Part shown: piece after piece, positions 37,775 to 51,005 of the stretch
How the letters are laid out: each line of letters opens with the position of its first letter
Numbering within the stretch: position 1 is the first letter of the stretch
DNA from: Curvularia clavata
Taxonomy: Eukaryota
DNA length: 64,000 nt
Direction of reading: 5' to 3'
NCBI GenBank assembly: GCA_023920165.1
Contig: CP089280.1
Coordinates: 1,302,001 to 1,366,000, forward strand
Translations under genes and position numbers: made by a program
Notes under the pieces: model-generated
Database searches by the model: none
The model's input: only the letters and a program-made list of their open reading frames with translations
Told to the model about the DNA's origin: nothing

Positions 37775-40070
37775 ATGTCTGACGTCGCAAACTCGACCTC
37801 CCCCGCCCAGGAGGGTGCTGACGCCAACGGCGCTCAGATCAACACCAACGTCGCTGCTGCCCAGGCTGAGGCCCCCACCCCAACCTCTGCGGCCCCCGCC
37901 CACAACCAAAACTCGGCCTCGCTCTATGTCGGCGAGCTCGACCCCTCTGTCACCGAGGCTATGTTGTTCGAGCTGTTCTCTTCCATTGGCCAAGTCGCTT
38001 CCATCCGTGTCTGCCGTGACGCTGTTACCCGTCGCTCGCTCGGTTACGCCTATGTTAACTACAACAGCTCTGAGGACGGCGAAAAGGCCCTCGAAGAGCT
38101 CAACTACACTGTTATCAAGGGCAAGCCCTGCCGCATCATGTGGTCTCAGCGCGACCCCGCTCTGCGCAAGACTGGCCAGGGCAATGTCTTCATCAAGAAC
38201 CTGGACCACGCCATTGACAACAAGGCGCTCCACGACACCTTTGCTGCCTTCGGTAACATTCTCAGCTGCAAGGTCGCTCAGGACGAGCTGGGTAACTCCA
38301 AGGGCTACGGGTTCGTCCACTACGAGACCGCCGAGGCCGCTAACAATGCTATCAAGCACGTTAACGGCATGTTGTTGAACGAGAAGAAGGTTTTCGTTGG
38401 CCACCACATCCCCAAGAAGGAGCGCATGAGCAAGTTTGAGGAGATGAAGGCCAACTTCACCAACATCTACGTCAAGAACATTGACCTTGATGTCACTGAC
38501 GAGGAGTTCCGTGAGCTCTTCGAGAAGCACGGTGACATCACCTCTGCCTCCATTGCTCGCGATGAGCAGGGCAAGAGCCGCGGGTTCGGCTTCGTCAACT
38601 ACATCAAGCACGAGGCTGCTTCTGCTGCCGTCGAGGCTCTCAACGACACTGAGTTCCGTGGTCAGAAGCTCTACGTCGGCCGCGCACAGAAGAAGCACGA
38701 GCGTGAGGAGGAGCTGCGCAAGCAGTACGAGGCCGCTCGTCTCGAGAAGCAGTCCAAGTACCAGGGTGTCAACCTGTACATCAAGAACTTGAACGATGAC
38801 GTCGACGACGAGAAGCTCCGTGACATGTTCACTCCTTTCGGCACCATCACCTCTGCCAAGGTCATGCGCGATGCCATGCCTGCTGAGCGCTCCGAGACCC
38901 CTTCCGATGAGAAGAAGGAGGAGTCCAAGGAGGAGTCCAAGGAGGAGACTGAGAAGACCGAGGAGGGCGCTGAGGACAAGAAGGACGAGAACAAGTCTGG
39001 CGAGAAGGTCACCATCAAGGGTGAGAAGAAGATTCTCGGCAAGAGCAAGGGTTTCGGTTTCGTCTGCTTCAGCAACCCTGACGAGGCTACCAAGGCTGTC
39101 ACCGAGATGAACCAGAAGATGATTGAGGGCAAGCCTCTCTACGTCGCTCTTGCCCAGCGCAAGGATGTCCGCAAGAACCAGCTCGAGGCCACCATCCAGG
39201 CCCGCAACCAGCTCCGCATGCAGCAGCAACAGCAGCAGCAGTTCGGTGGTATTCCTCAGATGTTCATCGCCCCCGGTCAGCAGCCCATGATGTTCCCAGC
39301 TGGTGGTCGTGGCCAGATGCCATTCCCCGCTGGCATGCCCGGTCAGCAAGGTGGCCGTGGCGCTGGTTTCCCTGGCGGTATTCCTCAGCAGGGCGGCCGT
39401 GGCGGCCCCAACGGCCAGCAGATGCCTCCTATGTACATGCCCCCTGGCATGGCCCCCGGTGCCTTCCCTCCATACATGAACCAGCAGTACATGCAGCTGG
39501 CTCAGGCCGCACAGCAGGCCATGGGCGGACGTGGTGGCCGTGGTGGTGTCCCTATGGCTCCCATGCCCGGTATGCCCCAGGTCCCAATGGCTGGTGGTCC
39601 CGGTATGCGCGGCGGCCAGGGCTTCCCTCCTCAGGGCGGTCGCGGCATGCCCCAGGGCGGCCGACCTGGTCAGTCCCCTATGCCCGGCTACCCTCAGGGT
39701 GGACGCGGTGGTCCCGCCGGTGCTGGCGTCGATATGAGCGCTCTGAGTGGCGCTGCTCCTGGTCAACAGAAGCAGATGCTCGGTGAGGCCCTTTACCCCA
39801 AGATCGCTGAGATGCAGCCCGAGCTTGCCGGCAAGATCACTGGTATGCTTCTCGAGATGGACAACAGCGAGCTGATCAACCTGTTCGTATAACCCTTCCC
39901 CTGTTTCATCCAACACATTGTACTAACACACACCCAGCACCACTGACGAGGCTGCTCTTCGCGCCAAGGTCGAGGAGGCCATGAGCGTCTATGACGAATA
40001 CGTCAAGAACAAAGAGGGTGAGCCTGAAGAGAAAGCCCCCAAGGAGGAGTCCAAGGAGGAGAAGGCTTAA
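37775..40070 (+). CDS. PAB1: Polyadenylate-binding protein (4 RRMs + MLLE/PABC), ~746 aa
   Basis: Exons 37775-39882 and 39938-40070. [33 protein letters not shown], four RRMs, and C-terminal [13 protein letters not shown]...[16 protein letters not shown]; strong codon bias. Confidence 0.98.
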
Positions 40071-41172
40071 ACCTCTTTCTAGTTGCCACTGAGTAGGGTT
40101 CGGTCCGCACCACCCTCAAACGGCAGCAAGTTATGATGGTTGCATGATTTCCTTGAACGGCGAATGGCGCACGGGTAACGGTTTTCTCACGACATACGGG
40201 ATGGCTTTCATGACCGATTGTTACCCACAAAAGTTTCTTACGATTCGATGTCCTCCTTTATATTATCGACTTGTCTCTGCCTCACGGCGGGTTGACTGCG
40301 ATGAACCACTCTTTGACGTCTGACTCCTTAAGTGGAATGTCGGATGTCACGACTGCGACTGCCAAAACTCAATTCCAATAGTTGGGTAGTTCCTGGTCGT
40401 ACCTTTTTCTCTGGACAGGCTTTTTTTTCTTCTCTTCTACCCCTCCCCTGGTTTTTTTTTACTTTCCTATGTATGATAGACGGGCACCCCCGGGTCCTTG
40501 ACGATGATGACCATGGGTGTGCGGTGTGCGTGTGTATGCGGTGGGACTTTTGTTCGCGCAAAAACAGTTTGATACCTCAACCAGCCTAGGTTTCTTCCTC
40601 ATATCACGACCGGGCTGGCTTTTCCAACGCTCTTACGGAATCTTCGGCGTCTCGAATTTCGCAAATGAGACTAGGGAATTATGGATGAATGATTGCATGG
40701 GGCGGTATGGATGTGTGGGTGTTTATGGTGGATATATGGGATATGTGCATGTGGAGTGGTGAAGGAGTTTTATTCCCCCATGCCATCTGGTACAGACTGG
40801 ATAGCTCGATGAGAGAGATTGTGTCTGTGTGAGGTGAGGTCGTGGTGGAAGACAGCATGTTAGGGAATATAGCTTTATACCCTGAATTCATGCTGTTAGT
40901 GTTTCAGTCATGGTGTGAACATATCTTGGTTAGGTGTGATGTAATAGGTCTTGTTTAAGACAACGGTTGTGAAACTGACACTCTGACATTTTCACCAATA
41001 CATGTTCTCGTTTAAGACACGATTGCTGTCAACGTCATGTACTCATTACAAGAACTACTACGCTATATAACTATGTCGTGTTTATCCAAAGCAACACACG
41101 TTCATTAGCTTTTTTTCCCTTGCATCTGCTTCCCCCAAATGTGGTATATTATCCCTACTGCGCTACATGTCT

Positions 41173-42420
41173 TTACTTCTGGTGTTTCTTGTGCGCCTCA
41201 ATGACCTTTTGGACCTCGCCTTCGGAACCGAGGAAGATACCAGATCGGTCGTGAATGTGCTCGGGCACGACTTCAAGCATGCGCTCCATTTTGCTGTTTA
41301 CGGCCAAACCGCCAGCTGTTGTAGTTTTGCGTTAGTTATATAAACAAACAACAACAATATACAAGTATACACAGAAGAGAGAGAGGGAGAAGGTAACGTA
41401 CCATTTTCAAAAACCATGGCCATGGGGGCGCACTCGTACAGAATCCTGAGTTTGCCCTTTGGCGTCTTCTTATCCGCTGGGTAAGCAAAGATGCCTCCGT
41501 AGAGCAGCGTTCGGTACGCATCTGCAACCATGGAACCAATGTATCGAGCACTGTATGGCTTTCCGCCCTCGGGGGGATTCTTCAGGCTCTCGCACCAGTC
41601 CTTGACGGGCTGCTCCCAGTACATGCTGTTTCCCTCGTTGACCGAGTAAATAGACCTCGTCTTAGGGACCTTCATGTTAGGGTGAGTGAGGATAAACTCG
41701 CCAAAGGCGTTGTCAAGGGTGAAGCCGTTGACATTGCCGCCCTTCATGGTGATGACGAGCTGGGCCGAGGCGCCGTACATGGTGAAGCCTGAGGCGACCA
41801 TTTCGGTTCCCGGGAGAAGCATCTCTTCTTTTGTGCCTTTTGCGCCCTCGGGCAGCTTGTATACGGCGAAGATGGTGCCGACGGAGACTCCGGCATCCAA
41901 GTTGGAGGAGCCGTCAATGGGATCGCAGGCTACGGCGTAGCGGGCGTGCGGGTGCTCGTCAAAGACGATGGCTTCTTCTTGCTCCTCGGAAATGAGCAGG
42001 CGCACGCGACCCGAGGAACGCATGGCTGTGATGAAGAGCTCATCGCCGATTACGTCGAGCTTCTTTTGGTCGTCTCCGGTCGTGTTGGATGTGCCTTGGA
42101 GACCAGTGAGCTGCTCGGGTTAGTTTCCAGTCAGCCACAAAGAGTCGCGGAGAAATTGCGTACGTTGATTAATGATGCTCTCCGGATGTAGTAGGCAATG
42201 CTCTTGAATGCAAACTGCAGAGCGTGGCAGAGCAGTCTATGGGGGAGCAATTAGTTTTTCCGTCTCAAGTGTCTCCGGAAAAATTAACGCACGTGAAATC
42301 TCCCGTAGCCTCCTTGACCTTTGTTTGCTCCTCAGTAAGGAACCGAGTGAGGGTAATGATGTTGGTGTTGATCTTCTCTTGGGCCACTGGGCCGCCCTCG
42401 CCATTGCTGGTAGAAGCCAT
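41173..42420 (-). CDS. FBP1: Fructose-1,6-bisphosphatase, ~350 aa
   Basis: Exons 42420-42293, 42236-42164, 42110-41402, 41315-41173. Motifs GDDQKKLDVIG, CDPIDGSSNLD, ARYIGSMVADAYRTLLYGGIFAYP, GKLRILYECAPM. Confidence 0.97.
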
Positions 42421-43010
42421 TCTGTGTGTATCGCGATATGTAAGGTTTTCAAGATGGGGTTGCTGTCGGGGAGGGGAAGACGGGTAGGGCACAATGGGAA
42501 AGTTGTTCGGGATGGAGAAAGCAAGATGGAGAATGAGGGAGATGGGGAATGGAGAAGCTCTGGAGAGGGATGGTGAAAATCTATCAGGCTCGACTGAAGC
42601 AAAAAGCGGAGCTGCGAGTTGTTATGAAGTCAGGGTGGGTAGAGTCGGACATGCGGACCACACTTCTGTGGCATTTGTTTGGCAGATGCGCTGGCCGGAA
42701 TGGAGCGAGCCAGCAAGCTATAGCCAGCCCTCGGCAAGTGGCCGGGCGTCACAGGACACTTGACGATGCTTCCAGGCGCACCTGTCGGCCATTGATGATC
42801 CGAGGGAAGGCCGACGGTCACGATAGAATGCGCGGGCCAGGATAGGTGAGGGCGTGTGGGCATTGCCGAGGGGAGAGCACAGCCGTTCTGGACGCGCTTT
42901 GTTGCGGGAGCGCGTGCTGGGAGGCGATGATGCATGTGCGGAGGCGCAAAAAGTGGAGGGCCTGCAGCGAGGGGTTTAGCGGGGCTGGCGCTCCCCCCAC
43001 TGACGTCGTT

Positions 43011-43023
43011 CCGATTGATTCCG
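43011..43023. promoter_or_regulatory. CCG-N7-CCG element (AcuK/AcuM-type gluconeogenic site) upstream of FBP1
   Basis: CCGATTGATTCCG about 590 bp upstream of the FBP1 ATG, flanked by SYGGRG sites. Confidence 0.6.
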
Positions 43024-43321
43024 AGCCGCGGACTTGAGGGCTCATCCCACCCTGCTCCACCCGGCGGGTGCTCCCCCCGCAACCACGTGACCTTCTTGTG
43101 CACACCACGCGACCACCACCAGCAATAACAGGGCAAAATCCAGCTTTTTATACTACACTCAGTAAACCTACATCCGCAGTAACAAAAAATGCTCAACTGA
43201 ACAATCCTATACAACCCAGCTCCCTGAGCCCCGACTCCGCTTTACCCACTGCACCGAGGGAAAGAAACTAATGCATCCCAACCATGACCCGGGGCCTCTA
43301 TTGAAAGTCCGACACAGTCCT

Positions 43322-46300
43322 CTATTCGCTCTTGAGCTTGTCCTGCTTGACCGTGAAAGCCATATCCAACAGCGCCTTCTCTTCGTTCTTGTGTGATGCC
43401 TTGAGTCCAGTGGCTACAGATGCACTGGGGTTACGTCCAGCATACATGACGTGTCTCCTGTTGTGGTGCTCCGTCTGGTTGAGAAGTGTCTCAATTCTGG
43501 GCTGTGTGAAGCTCCAAGCACCAGCGTTGAGCGGCTCTTCCTGGCACCAGATGATGTTCTGTGCGTTGGGGTACGAGTCGAGGTTGTCCTTGAGCTGCTG
43601 CCATGGGAACGGGTTGAGCTGCTCAATGCGAGTAATCGCCACGTCCTTCTCACCACGAGCCTCGCGCTCCTTGACAAGCGCCGCGTAGACTTGACCCGTG
43701 CAGATGATGACGCGGTTGATGCCCTCGTGCGACTCAATCTCTCCGCTTGCGTGTGCTGGGTCCTCGATGATCCACTGGAAGTGCGAGTCTCCAGTAAACT
43801 CATCGATGCTTGAGCGCGCAATCGGGTGACGGAGAAGCGACTTGGAGAAGAACAGGACGAGTGGCTTGCGGAACTGACGGTTCATCTGGCGACGGAGAAG
43901 GTGGAACAAGTTGGATGGCTTTGTTGTGTAGGCAATCTGCATGTTGCAATCCTGGTGCTGACGCTCAAGCTTCTCTGGCGAGGGGAAGATACGTGGGTCC
44001 TCGTTACACAGCTGCAGGTAGCGCTCCAAACGTCCAGACGAGTGCTCGGGACCTTGGCCGTCGTAACCGTGGGGCAAGCTCATGACAAGACCAGAACGCT
44101 GGAGCCACTTGACTTCACCCGATGCAATGAACTGGTCGATAATGACCTGAGCTGTGTTGGCAAAGTCACCAAACTGAGCCTCCCACATGACAAGCGCATT
44201 GGGCGACGACAGCGAGTATCCGTATTCGAAACCGAGGCTGAGCTGTGTTAACAAACATGATATACAAAAGCCATTGTCATTACTTACACTCCATATTCGC
44301 TAAGAGACGAGTTAGAAATGGTAAAGGTTGCCTGGTCCTGGCTCAGGTTTTGCAGAGGTGTGTAGGTCTTCTCAGTCTCCTGGTCGTGGAGCACAGCGTG
44401 GCGCTGGGAAAAGGTTCCACGCTCGACATCCTGTCCAGAAACACGGACATGGTGGCCTTCCATGCACAGACTTCCGAATGCCAGTGCTTCGGCGGTAGCC
44501 ATGTCAATGTTTTGGCCATCCATGACTGTCTTGGTGCGGCCAGCCAAAATACGCTTCAAGTTCTTGTGGACATTGAAGTCATCAGGCGCCTCTCCAATCA
44601 CCTTGGCAATGTGCTTCAGTTGTGCCTCCTCAACGGCGGTTGGCAGGTGAGGGAGAACCTCGCTGGCAAGTTCCTTGGGAGTCTTGAAGCCATTCCATGC
44701 CGAAGTGAGCCACTCTCGAGAGTTGGGAACGTAGTCCTTGCTGCGGCTGAAGCTCTCATCCAGCATACCCCAGACCCAGGCCTTGTGCTCATCAATGTCC
44801 TCCTTGGTGAAGGTCTTCTCTTCGAGGAGCTTCTTGGTGTAGATGTCTAGTGTTTGTGGTTGTTGCGAGATCTTCTTGTACATAAGAGGCTGGGTGAAGA
44901 AAGGCTGGTCGGTCTCATTGTGACCCTGCTTTCGGTAGCAAACCATGTCGATAACTACATCCTTCTTGAACTCGGCACGGAAATCAGCAGCCAGCTGGCA
45001 AACAAAGTTGACAGCCTCAACGTCGTCGCCATTAACGTGGAAGACGGGCGCATCAATCGCCTTGGCAATGTCCGAGCAGTAAGGTGTAGAGCGAGAGAAC
45101 CTAGGATCTGTGGTGAAACCAATCTGGTTGTTCACAATGATGTGAATCGTTCCGCCAGTGTGATAACTAGGCAACTGGTGGAAGCCCATGGTTTCATAGA
45201 CGACACCTTGGGCAGCAAAAGCAGCGTCACCGTGAAGAAGAACACCCATGGCACTGGCGGCCTCCTTCTCATCGTTGTTGTAGTGCAGAATGGCGCGGGT
45301 CTTGCCAAGCACGACAGGGTCCTCGGCCTCAAGATGGGATGGGTTAGCAACAAGGGACAACTGCACACGCTTACCGGACGGTGTGGGGCGCTCAAAGTTC
45401 ATACCCAAGTGGTACTTGACGTCACCGGAGCCCTCTTCATTGGCCTCAGCGGTACCGGCGAATTCACTGAAGATGGACTCGTTGGGTTTCCTGACGACGT
45501 TGGAGAGCACGTTGAGACGTCCACGGTGAGGCATGCCAATAACAATGTCCTTGACACCATAATCGACACTTCGGTCGATCAGAGCCTTCATTCCAGGAAT
45601 CAAGCTCTCACCACCTTCAAGACCGAATCGCTTGTCGTTGGGGTATTTGGTAGCAAGGAAGGCTTCGAAATTTGTGCCCCAGATGAGGCGGTCCAGGATA
45701 CGGCGCTTCTCGTCAACAGAGTACTTGAAGGGCGTGGGAACCTCGATGCGCTCACGGAGCCAGTCGCACTGCTCTCGGTCTGGGATGTGAATGTATTCGA
45801 TTCCGTAGGAGCCACAGTACAGACGCTCGCAGGCTTCGATGATCTCCTTAAGCTTCATCTTCTTGCGAGACTCGGTCCTGAAGCGCGGCAGAATACCAGG
45901 ACCGAGCTCAATGTCCTGCTCAAGGTCCTTGTCCGTGAAGTTGTAGTGCGACAGCTCAAGCTCGCGGGGCTTGTTATACCCAAAGGACTCTGCCTCTGAG
46001 CGAATGCCGAGGGGGTCAATCTTGGCCTTGTGGTGGCCACGAGCCTGGTATGCGCGCACAAGCAATTGGACCTTGAGATGGTTCATGATCTCGGTGCCTT
46101 CGACCGCAGCCATGCCCATTCCCGGCCTGCCGCCAGCACCCTGAGGCGTGCTCATGATGGTTGGCGGCGGCTGGAAGGCCTGCGACACAGGCATGTCGCC
46201 AGACTCCATATTCTGGAAATAGACCTGCCACGAGTAGTGGACGCTCTCCGGGTCATGTTTCCATTGCATGTACATGGCATCGATGTAGTTGGCAGTGTTG

Positions 46301-46568
46301 CCCTGGAGGAACGAGTCGTTGGGGTCCTATGCCGTCATAGTTAGCTCCAGGACGAAGAGTTTGAAGCTGAGGTTGGAGGGCTACGCACAACGCCCTTGCT
46401 CGTATCCTCTGCCGAAATGGCATAGGGACGGCGCTGGGTAAGCGCAAGAGGCCGGCGACATGTCGAAATAGCGGTTCTCGAGGGTTGTGCGAGGCTGGCG
46501 AAGGAGGCTCTTGCGGAGGTGCTCGCCGGGAGCTTGCGAGAGCACTGGCGCAGAGTGTTGCGCAACAT
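43322..46568 (-). CDS. KGD1: 2-oxoglutarate dehydrogenase E1 component, mitochondrial, ~1044 aa
   Basis: Exons 46568-46389, 46326-44288, 44237-43322. Mitochondrial presequence, [33 protein letters not shown] (TPP binding), [23 protein letters not shown]. Confidence 0.98.
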
Positions 46569-47180
46569 GGTGGATTAGGATATCAGGGCGAGGGAAAGGA
46601 TGCGTGTCATCCAAACAGACAATGGTGTATGTACAGAAGAGAGCTTCTGCGATGGCAATGTGCCGTAACAAAGTGAGCAAGCCCGATAATGGCACATGCG
46701 TAGGGCCCCGTGTTCCGCACTAGCGCCTTGTGGGATCGAGGGCGACTCAGAGCAAACCTCACCAAATGCCTCAAACACGGAACGTCCAGCCAATGTCTGG
46801 AGCGTCTTGTCGACACCCGCGGCCGCCGTGGCCTCGCGACATGCATGTCAGCCGGTCCAGCTGTCTTTAGACTGCCCTTTTGTTTTGCCGTGCGCGATAT
46901 TGGCCGTGACGGAGTATAGCCACCTGGGAACCACAGTGGCAGTGTGGCACCCGCCAATCGCAGTCGGCGTCTTATGTAACCACGATGCAGCTCTGTGCCG
47001 GCACTGAGGGCGTGCGACGGATATGTATCCGGCTGCGCCAGAAGTGCATCATCGGGCTTGGCTTGTCTCTGCCATGTTATTGCGTGCATGTCCGTAATTA
47101 CTCATGTCTGCGTCCATGTGTCCGCCTACTTGGCCAGCGGGAATGCGGGCAGTCATCGTCACATGCCGTTCAAGCCCCTC

Positions 47181-47204
47181 CAAGGTGCAAGGTGCAAGGT
47201 GCAA
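47181..47204. repeat. Short tandem repeat, 7-bp unit (CAAGGTG) x3
   Basis: caaggtg caaggtg caaggtg caa in the KGD1/TFB1 intergenic region. Confidence 0.85.
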
Positions 47205-47401
47205 TGCGCCACAGCAAATGACCACATTGGACATACAGACGCGTGCAAGGCGTATTACCAGAAGCAAAGTTAGAGCCCAATGCGGCTGATGCGTGATCAC
47301 GTGCGTCGCGTGAATCTGGGGATTCCCAAACCAGTCTAGCATTCTTCTACCGCGTCTGGCCTGGAGAAGCCGTGCATCACTTCTCACCCCTCCCACCCGC
47401 C

Positions 47402-49419
47402 ATGGCTGACGCTGCCGCCCAGTACAAGAAGCAGGATGGCATTGTGTCGGTCTCTGCTGATGGCAAGACGGTCGCCTGGAAGTCGGCCACTGGGGCGCTG
47501 CCTCCACTGTCTATAGCCATAGCAGACATTGCAAGTACGTCTATCTGCGCCTACACTTTGCCCACCAAAACCTCCAGCTAACTGACCTGCGCCCAGATCT
47601 GCAGCAAACTCCTGCCACCGCTGCCAAAGCCTCTATCAAGATTGTTGTCAAGGAGTCGGCGCCGCAAGCCGGTAACCACACCTTTACCTTCACGTCCGCC
47701 GCCGCTCGCGATGATCAACAAACCATAACTGGCTCCCTGCGCAAATGGATTGAAAGCTTGAAACAACAAGCCGCCCCTTCCCCCGCGCCCGCGGCAGCCA
47801 AGGCAGACGGCGGTGACGGCGGCGCATCGGCCTCTATGGCCATGGCCCAAACTGTGACAGCAGCGGGCAAAAGCAACGAAGACACCTACGATGACGCAAA
47901 GTTACTCGCCGATACGTCCCTGCAAATGTCGTTGCTCAATTCAAGTCCGGCGCTCCGACAACGTTTTGATCGCGCTCTGCTCGAAAAACCCGATTCTGTC
48001 GGAGTTCTGCAGTTCTCGATGCAGTTTTGGTCTACCCGGGTGCACATGCTGAGATCGCATGCGACGGAGAGATCTCAGGCTACCGGAACCTACAATGTCT
48101 TGTCTGTCATCAAATCAAAGTCGGTGAACGGCACTCTGATGTTGAACTTGACAAAAGAGCAAATTGAACTCCTCTTCAGGCAGCATCCAATAGTCCAAAA
48201 AGCATACAACGAGAATGTTCCTCCACTGACAGAAAGCGATTTTTGGGAGAGGTTTTTTCACAGCCGATTGATGAAAAAGCTCAAAGGCGAGCGCATTCAG
48301 GACAAGGATGTGCTTGATCCAAAGCTAGACAAGTATCTCAGTTACGACGAAACGGCAGATAGCTCGTTGGACCTGCTTTCTGCCTCCATCCCTAACTTCA
48401 TCAACATTGAGGCCAACGAGAATAACCACAGCCAAAAACAGGGCAACCGACCCGATTTCACTATGAATCCCACCAACTACGAAAAAGCACCCATTCTCCG
48501 AGTGCTGAACCGCATGAGTGAGAAAATGATGAAAGACGTGCCGCCTTCTGATGTAAGTCGACACGGTCCAGCCGGCATGGACGAGGAAACATACAAGGAG
48601 CTGCAATTGCGTGACCTCCAATTTGCAGATGACGATAATCGGGTTGTGCTCAAAGTGCAAGATCAAAGCCGTTTCTTTTCAGCTGGGCAAAGCGTGCATA
48701 CCTCGACCAGTGCTGCGACATACACAAAACGTACTCCTGCACAAGCACTATCTACATTGCAACAGGATCTTCGCAAGTTTGACAGGAAAAGTGGTCAGAC
48801 TTCAAAAGCAGATCTCCACTCCCTCATCGAGATCAACGATGAGAGCAGTAGTGATGAAGAGGGGTCTGCTCCTAAGAAAGCAAAGGTTGGCAGCAAATCT
48901 TCACGTAAAGCCGCTTCGTCACAGATCCTGTCGGCTCTCAAGCAACGACGCCTACACAATGACGACTTCTCATCCAGCTCCGTCCCTGCAAGCGAGCGAG
49001 CGAGGGAATTGCAGGTCTCTGAAGCTGTCCTCGACAGCCTTACTATGACTCACAACACCACGGTCGAATTTTTACATTACTTCTGGGCCGTGTTTTACTC
49101 AGGAGATCCCGACCGCGCAAATGAGATTGCGAGGCTCATCGAGACACTTGACAAATCCCTTGATCGCATCAAGGCTGTCGCCGATATGGCAGAGGCTGAT
49201 CGCACGGCCCGGATCGAGCAAGCAAGAAAAGAAAACGAGCTTTCCAACCAACGAGAAAGGAGGAAACGCAAGTTTGACCCCGAGGTTATTAAAGGAGGGG
49301 CAAAAGCTATCAATCAGATTGTAGATCCCCTGCTCCGAGCGATCGATGCCGCGCGGCGTCAATACCAGAAGGCGCTTCAGGAGCAAGTTGCGCGCAACTC
49401 AGCAACTGTTGCTGCCTGA
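47402..49419 (+). CDS. TFB1: TFIIH core subunit Tfb1/p62 (PH domain + BSD domains), ~651 aa
   Basis: Exons 47402-47534 and 47597-49419. N-terminal YKKQDGIVSVS...NLQQTPATAAKASIKI (PH), BSD-like FWSTRVHMLR and IELLFRQHPIVQKAYNENVPPLTESDFWERFFHSRL, and C-terminal THNTTVEFLHYFW. Confidence 0.92.
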
Positions 49420-50370
49420 ACCAATATCCTGGACGAGTTCTCTTGGATGAAGAGAAGGTTGATATTTTCTATCATTTGCATAGCGAGGGGCGTTTGGGAT
49501 ATAGCACATGTAGAGGCAATTCTGCGCTTTGTTAGAAGTGTGAGGAAATACTATTTTTACACATCAGACACGTCTCGCTAAAACCTTGATCAATGGCTTG
49601 CTTGATCTGGCACAAAATAGAACTATTTTATGCAACATATACATAACCTACCGACTTAGAAGCCTCTTGCATGACCTCATGTTGCATACTGGTATCTCTT
49701 CAGCAGGACATGGTCAGCACTAGTCCCTAGGCCTCCAATGTACAATGACTAGTGTTAGCGCCGTGTCTCTAGTAACGAGGCTTGAAAAGTGACCCTTTGT
49801 TCCGCTTTCCAAAGCAGAATGTTCTCTCTTTCCATCTCGGAGCACTTCGGCACTAGGCTCCTAGCCTGAACTTTCGCCCCACTTAACGCATGGCTCGCCC
49901 ATCTTTTGAATAACTTTATCTCCACCACGTCTCTTTATTGTGATTCTGAACGCGATCGGAGAAGCAAAGAATACACTGAGAACAACCAAAGTCATTATGA
50001 AGTAGAATTTGTGTTGCTCATCGTTACGTAAGAAACATTACATGTTATGGCACCCTCAAGACATAACCCAACCTTATAGAGAGATGAAAAGCAACTGTGC
50101 TACTCTTACACAGAAAATCCCTGAGAAAAAAATTCGCTGAACGTTACGAAGAAACTAAAAGAGTCGAAAACCCCCCCAAAAATATGAGAGATGCAAGCGA
50201 AGCCAAGGTATGGAAGAAATTTGGATGGCAACACGGGCATCGCTTGGTCAAAACAGCACTGACGAGGCAAGCCTGACATCTACAAAGAAGGCTGCCGCCG
50301 TACAGATATGTGAGGATTCCAAGAAGGATAGCTCTTGTCGCTAATTCAAAGACTCTGTCGACAGTCGATA

Positions 50371-51005
50371 TCACCGTCGGAAATGGTCGCGCGCTGGATC
50401 GTAATACAAGTGTGTCCCTGTTGTCCGTCAGTGGGCATGTAACAGCAGTGAGATGCTTCGCCACTTGGTGTTGTACTGGAATACCTACCTCCCTGACTTG
50501 AAGCAGCACTACTGTTTGCATGCCTGTCTCTTGGTCTGTTGTCTCTGCAAAGACAGTAAGCACTGTCGTCTGCCCAGATCATTACTCAGGTCGACCTACC
50601 GGTAGCGGAAGCTATGCCAAAGATACCATCTGGCAACCCAATTCTCCTCATTGACTGCGGTTCTGTAACACCCCATGTAATAATACGGTCGAGTCTCGGG
50701 GCAGGCATCGCGGACCACCATCAACACGTAGGTATGCTTCGCGGTCTCTGATATCTCGTCCCACCTGTAGGGCTCGCACACAGAAGGGTCTGTCTTGGAC
50801 TGGTCTGTCAAGTTGTACGGATTACTGCTTAGTGCGTCTCTGGCGATTTCGGCTTCTTTCTGCGAGACCAGTCTATCAGCAGACGTTTTCTTTCGGATGT
50901 GTTCCACATCCTTACCAGCAGGAGCTTGTGAATACGATCGCTGAGGCCCAGACGAGCGCAGATGGCACTTTTGTCGGCGCTCTGGGGAAGAGGGGGCATG
51001 GACAT
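50371..51005 (-). CDS. Small uncharacterised four-exon protein, ~150 aa
   Basis: Exons 51005-50916, 50859-50600, 50544-50489, 50417-50371; all three introns are GT-AG and frame-consistent. Contains PYRWDEISETAKH and ENWVARWYLWHSFRYRDNR, and ends THLYYDPARDHFRR. The last intron is inferred. Confidence 0.78.

Noticed and set aside
37724..39916. 730-aa antisense ORF over PAB1
   Set aside because: Mirror of the strongly codon-biased PAB1 frame, with no recognisable protein features.
29798..46568. Functional link between MCU and KGD1 (calcium-activated TCA cycle)
   Set aside because: They are separated by unrelated genes, and calcium activation of this enzyme is established for animals, not shown for fungi.
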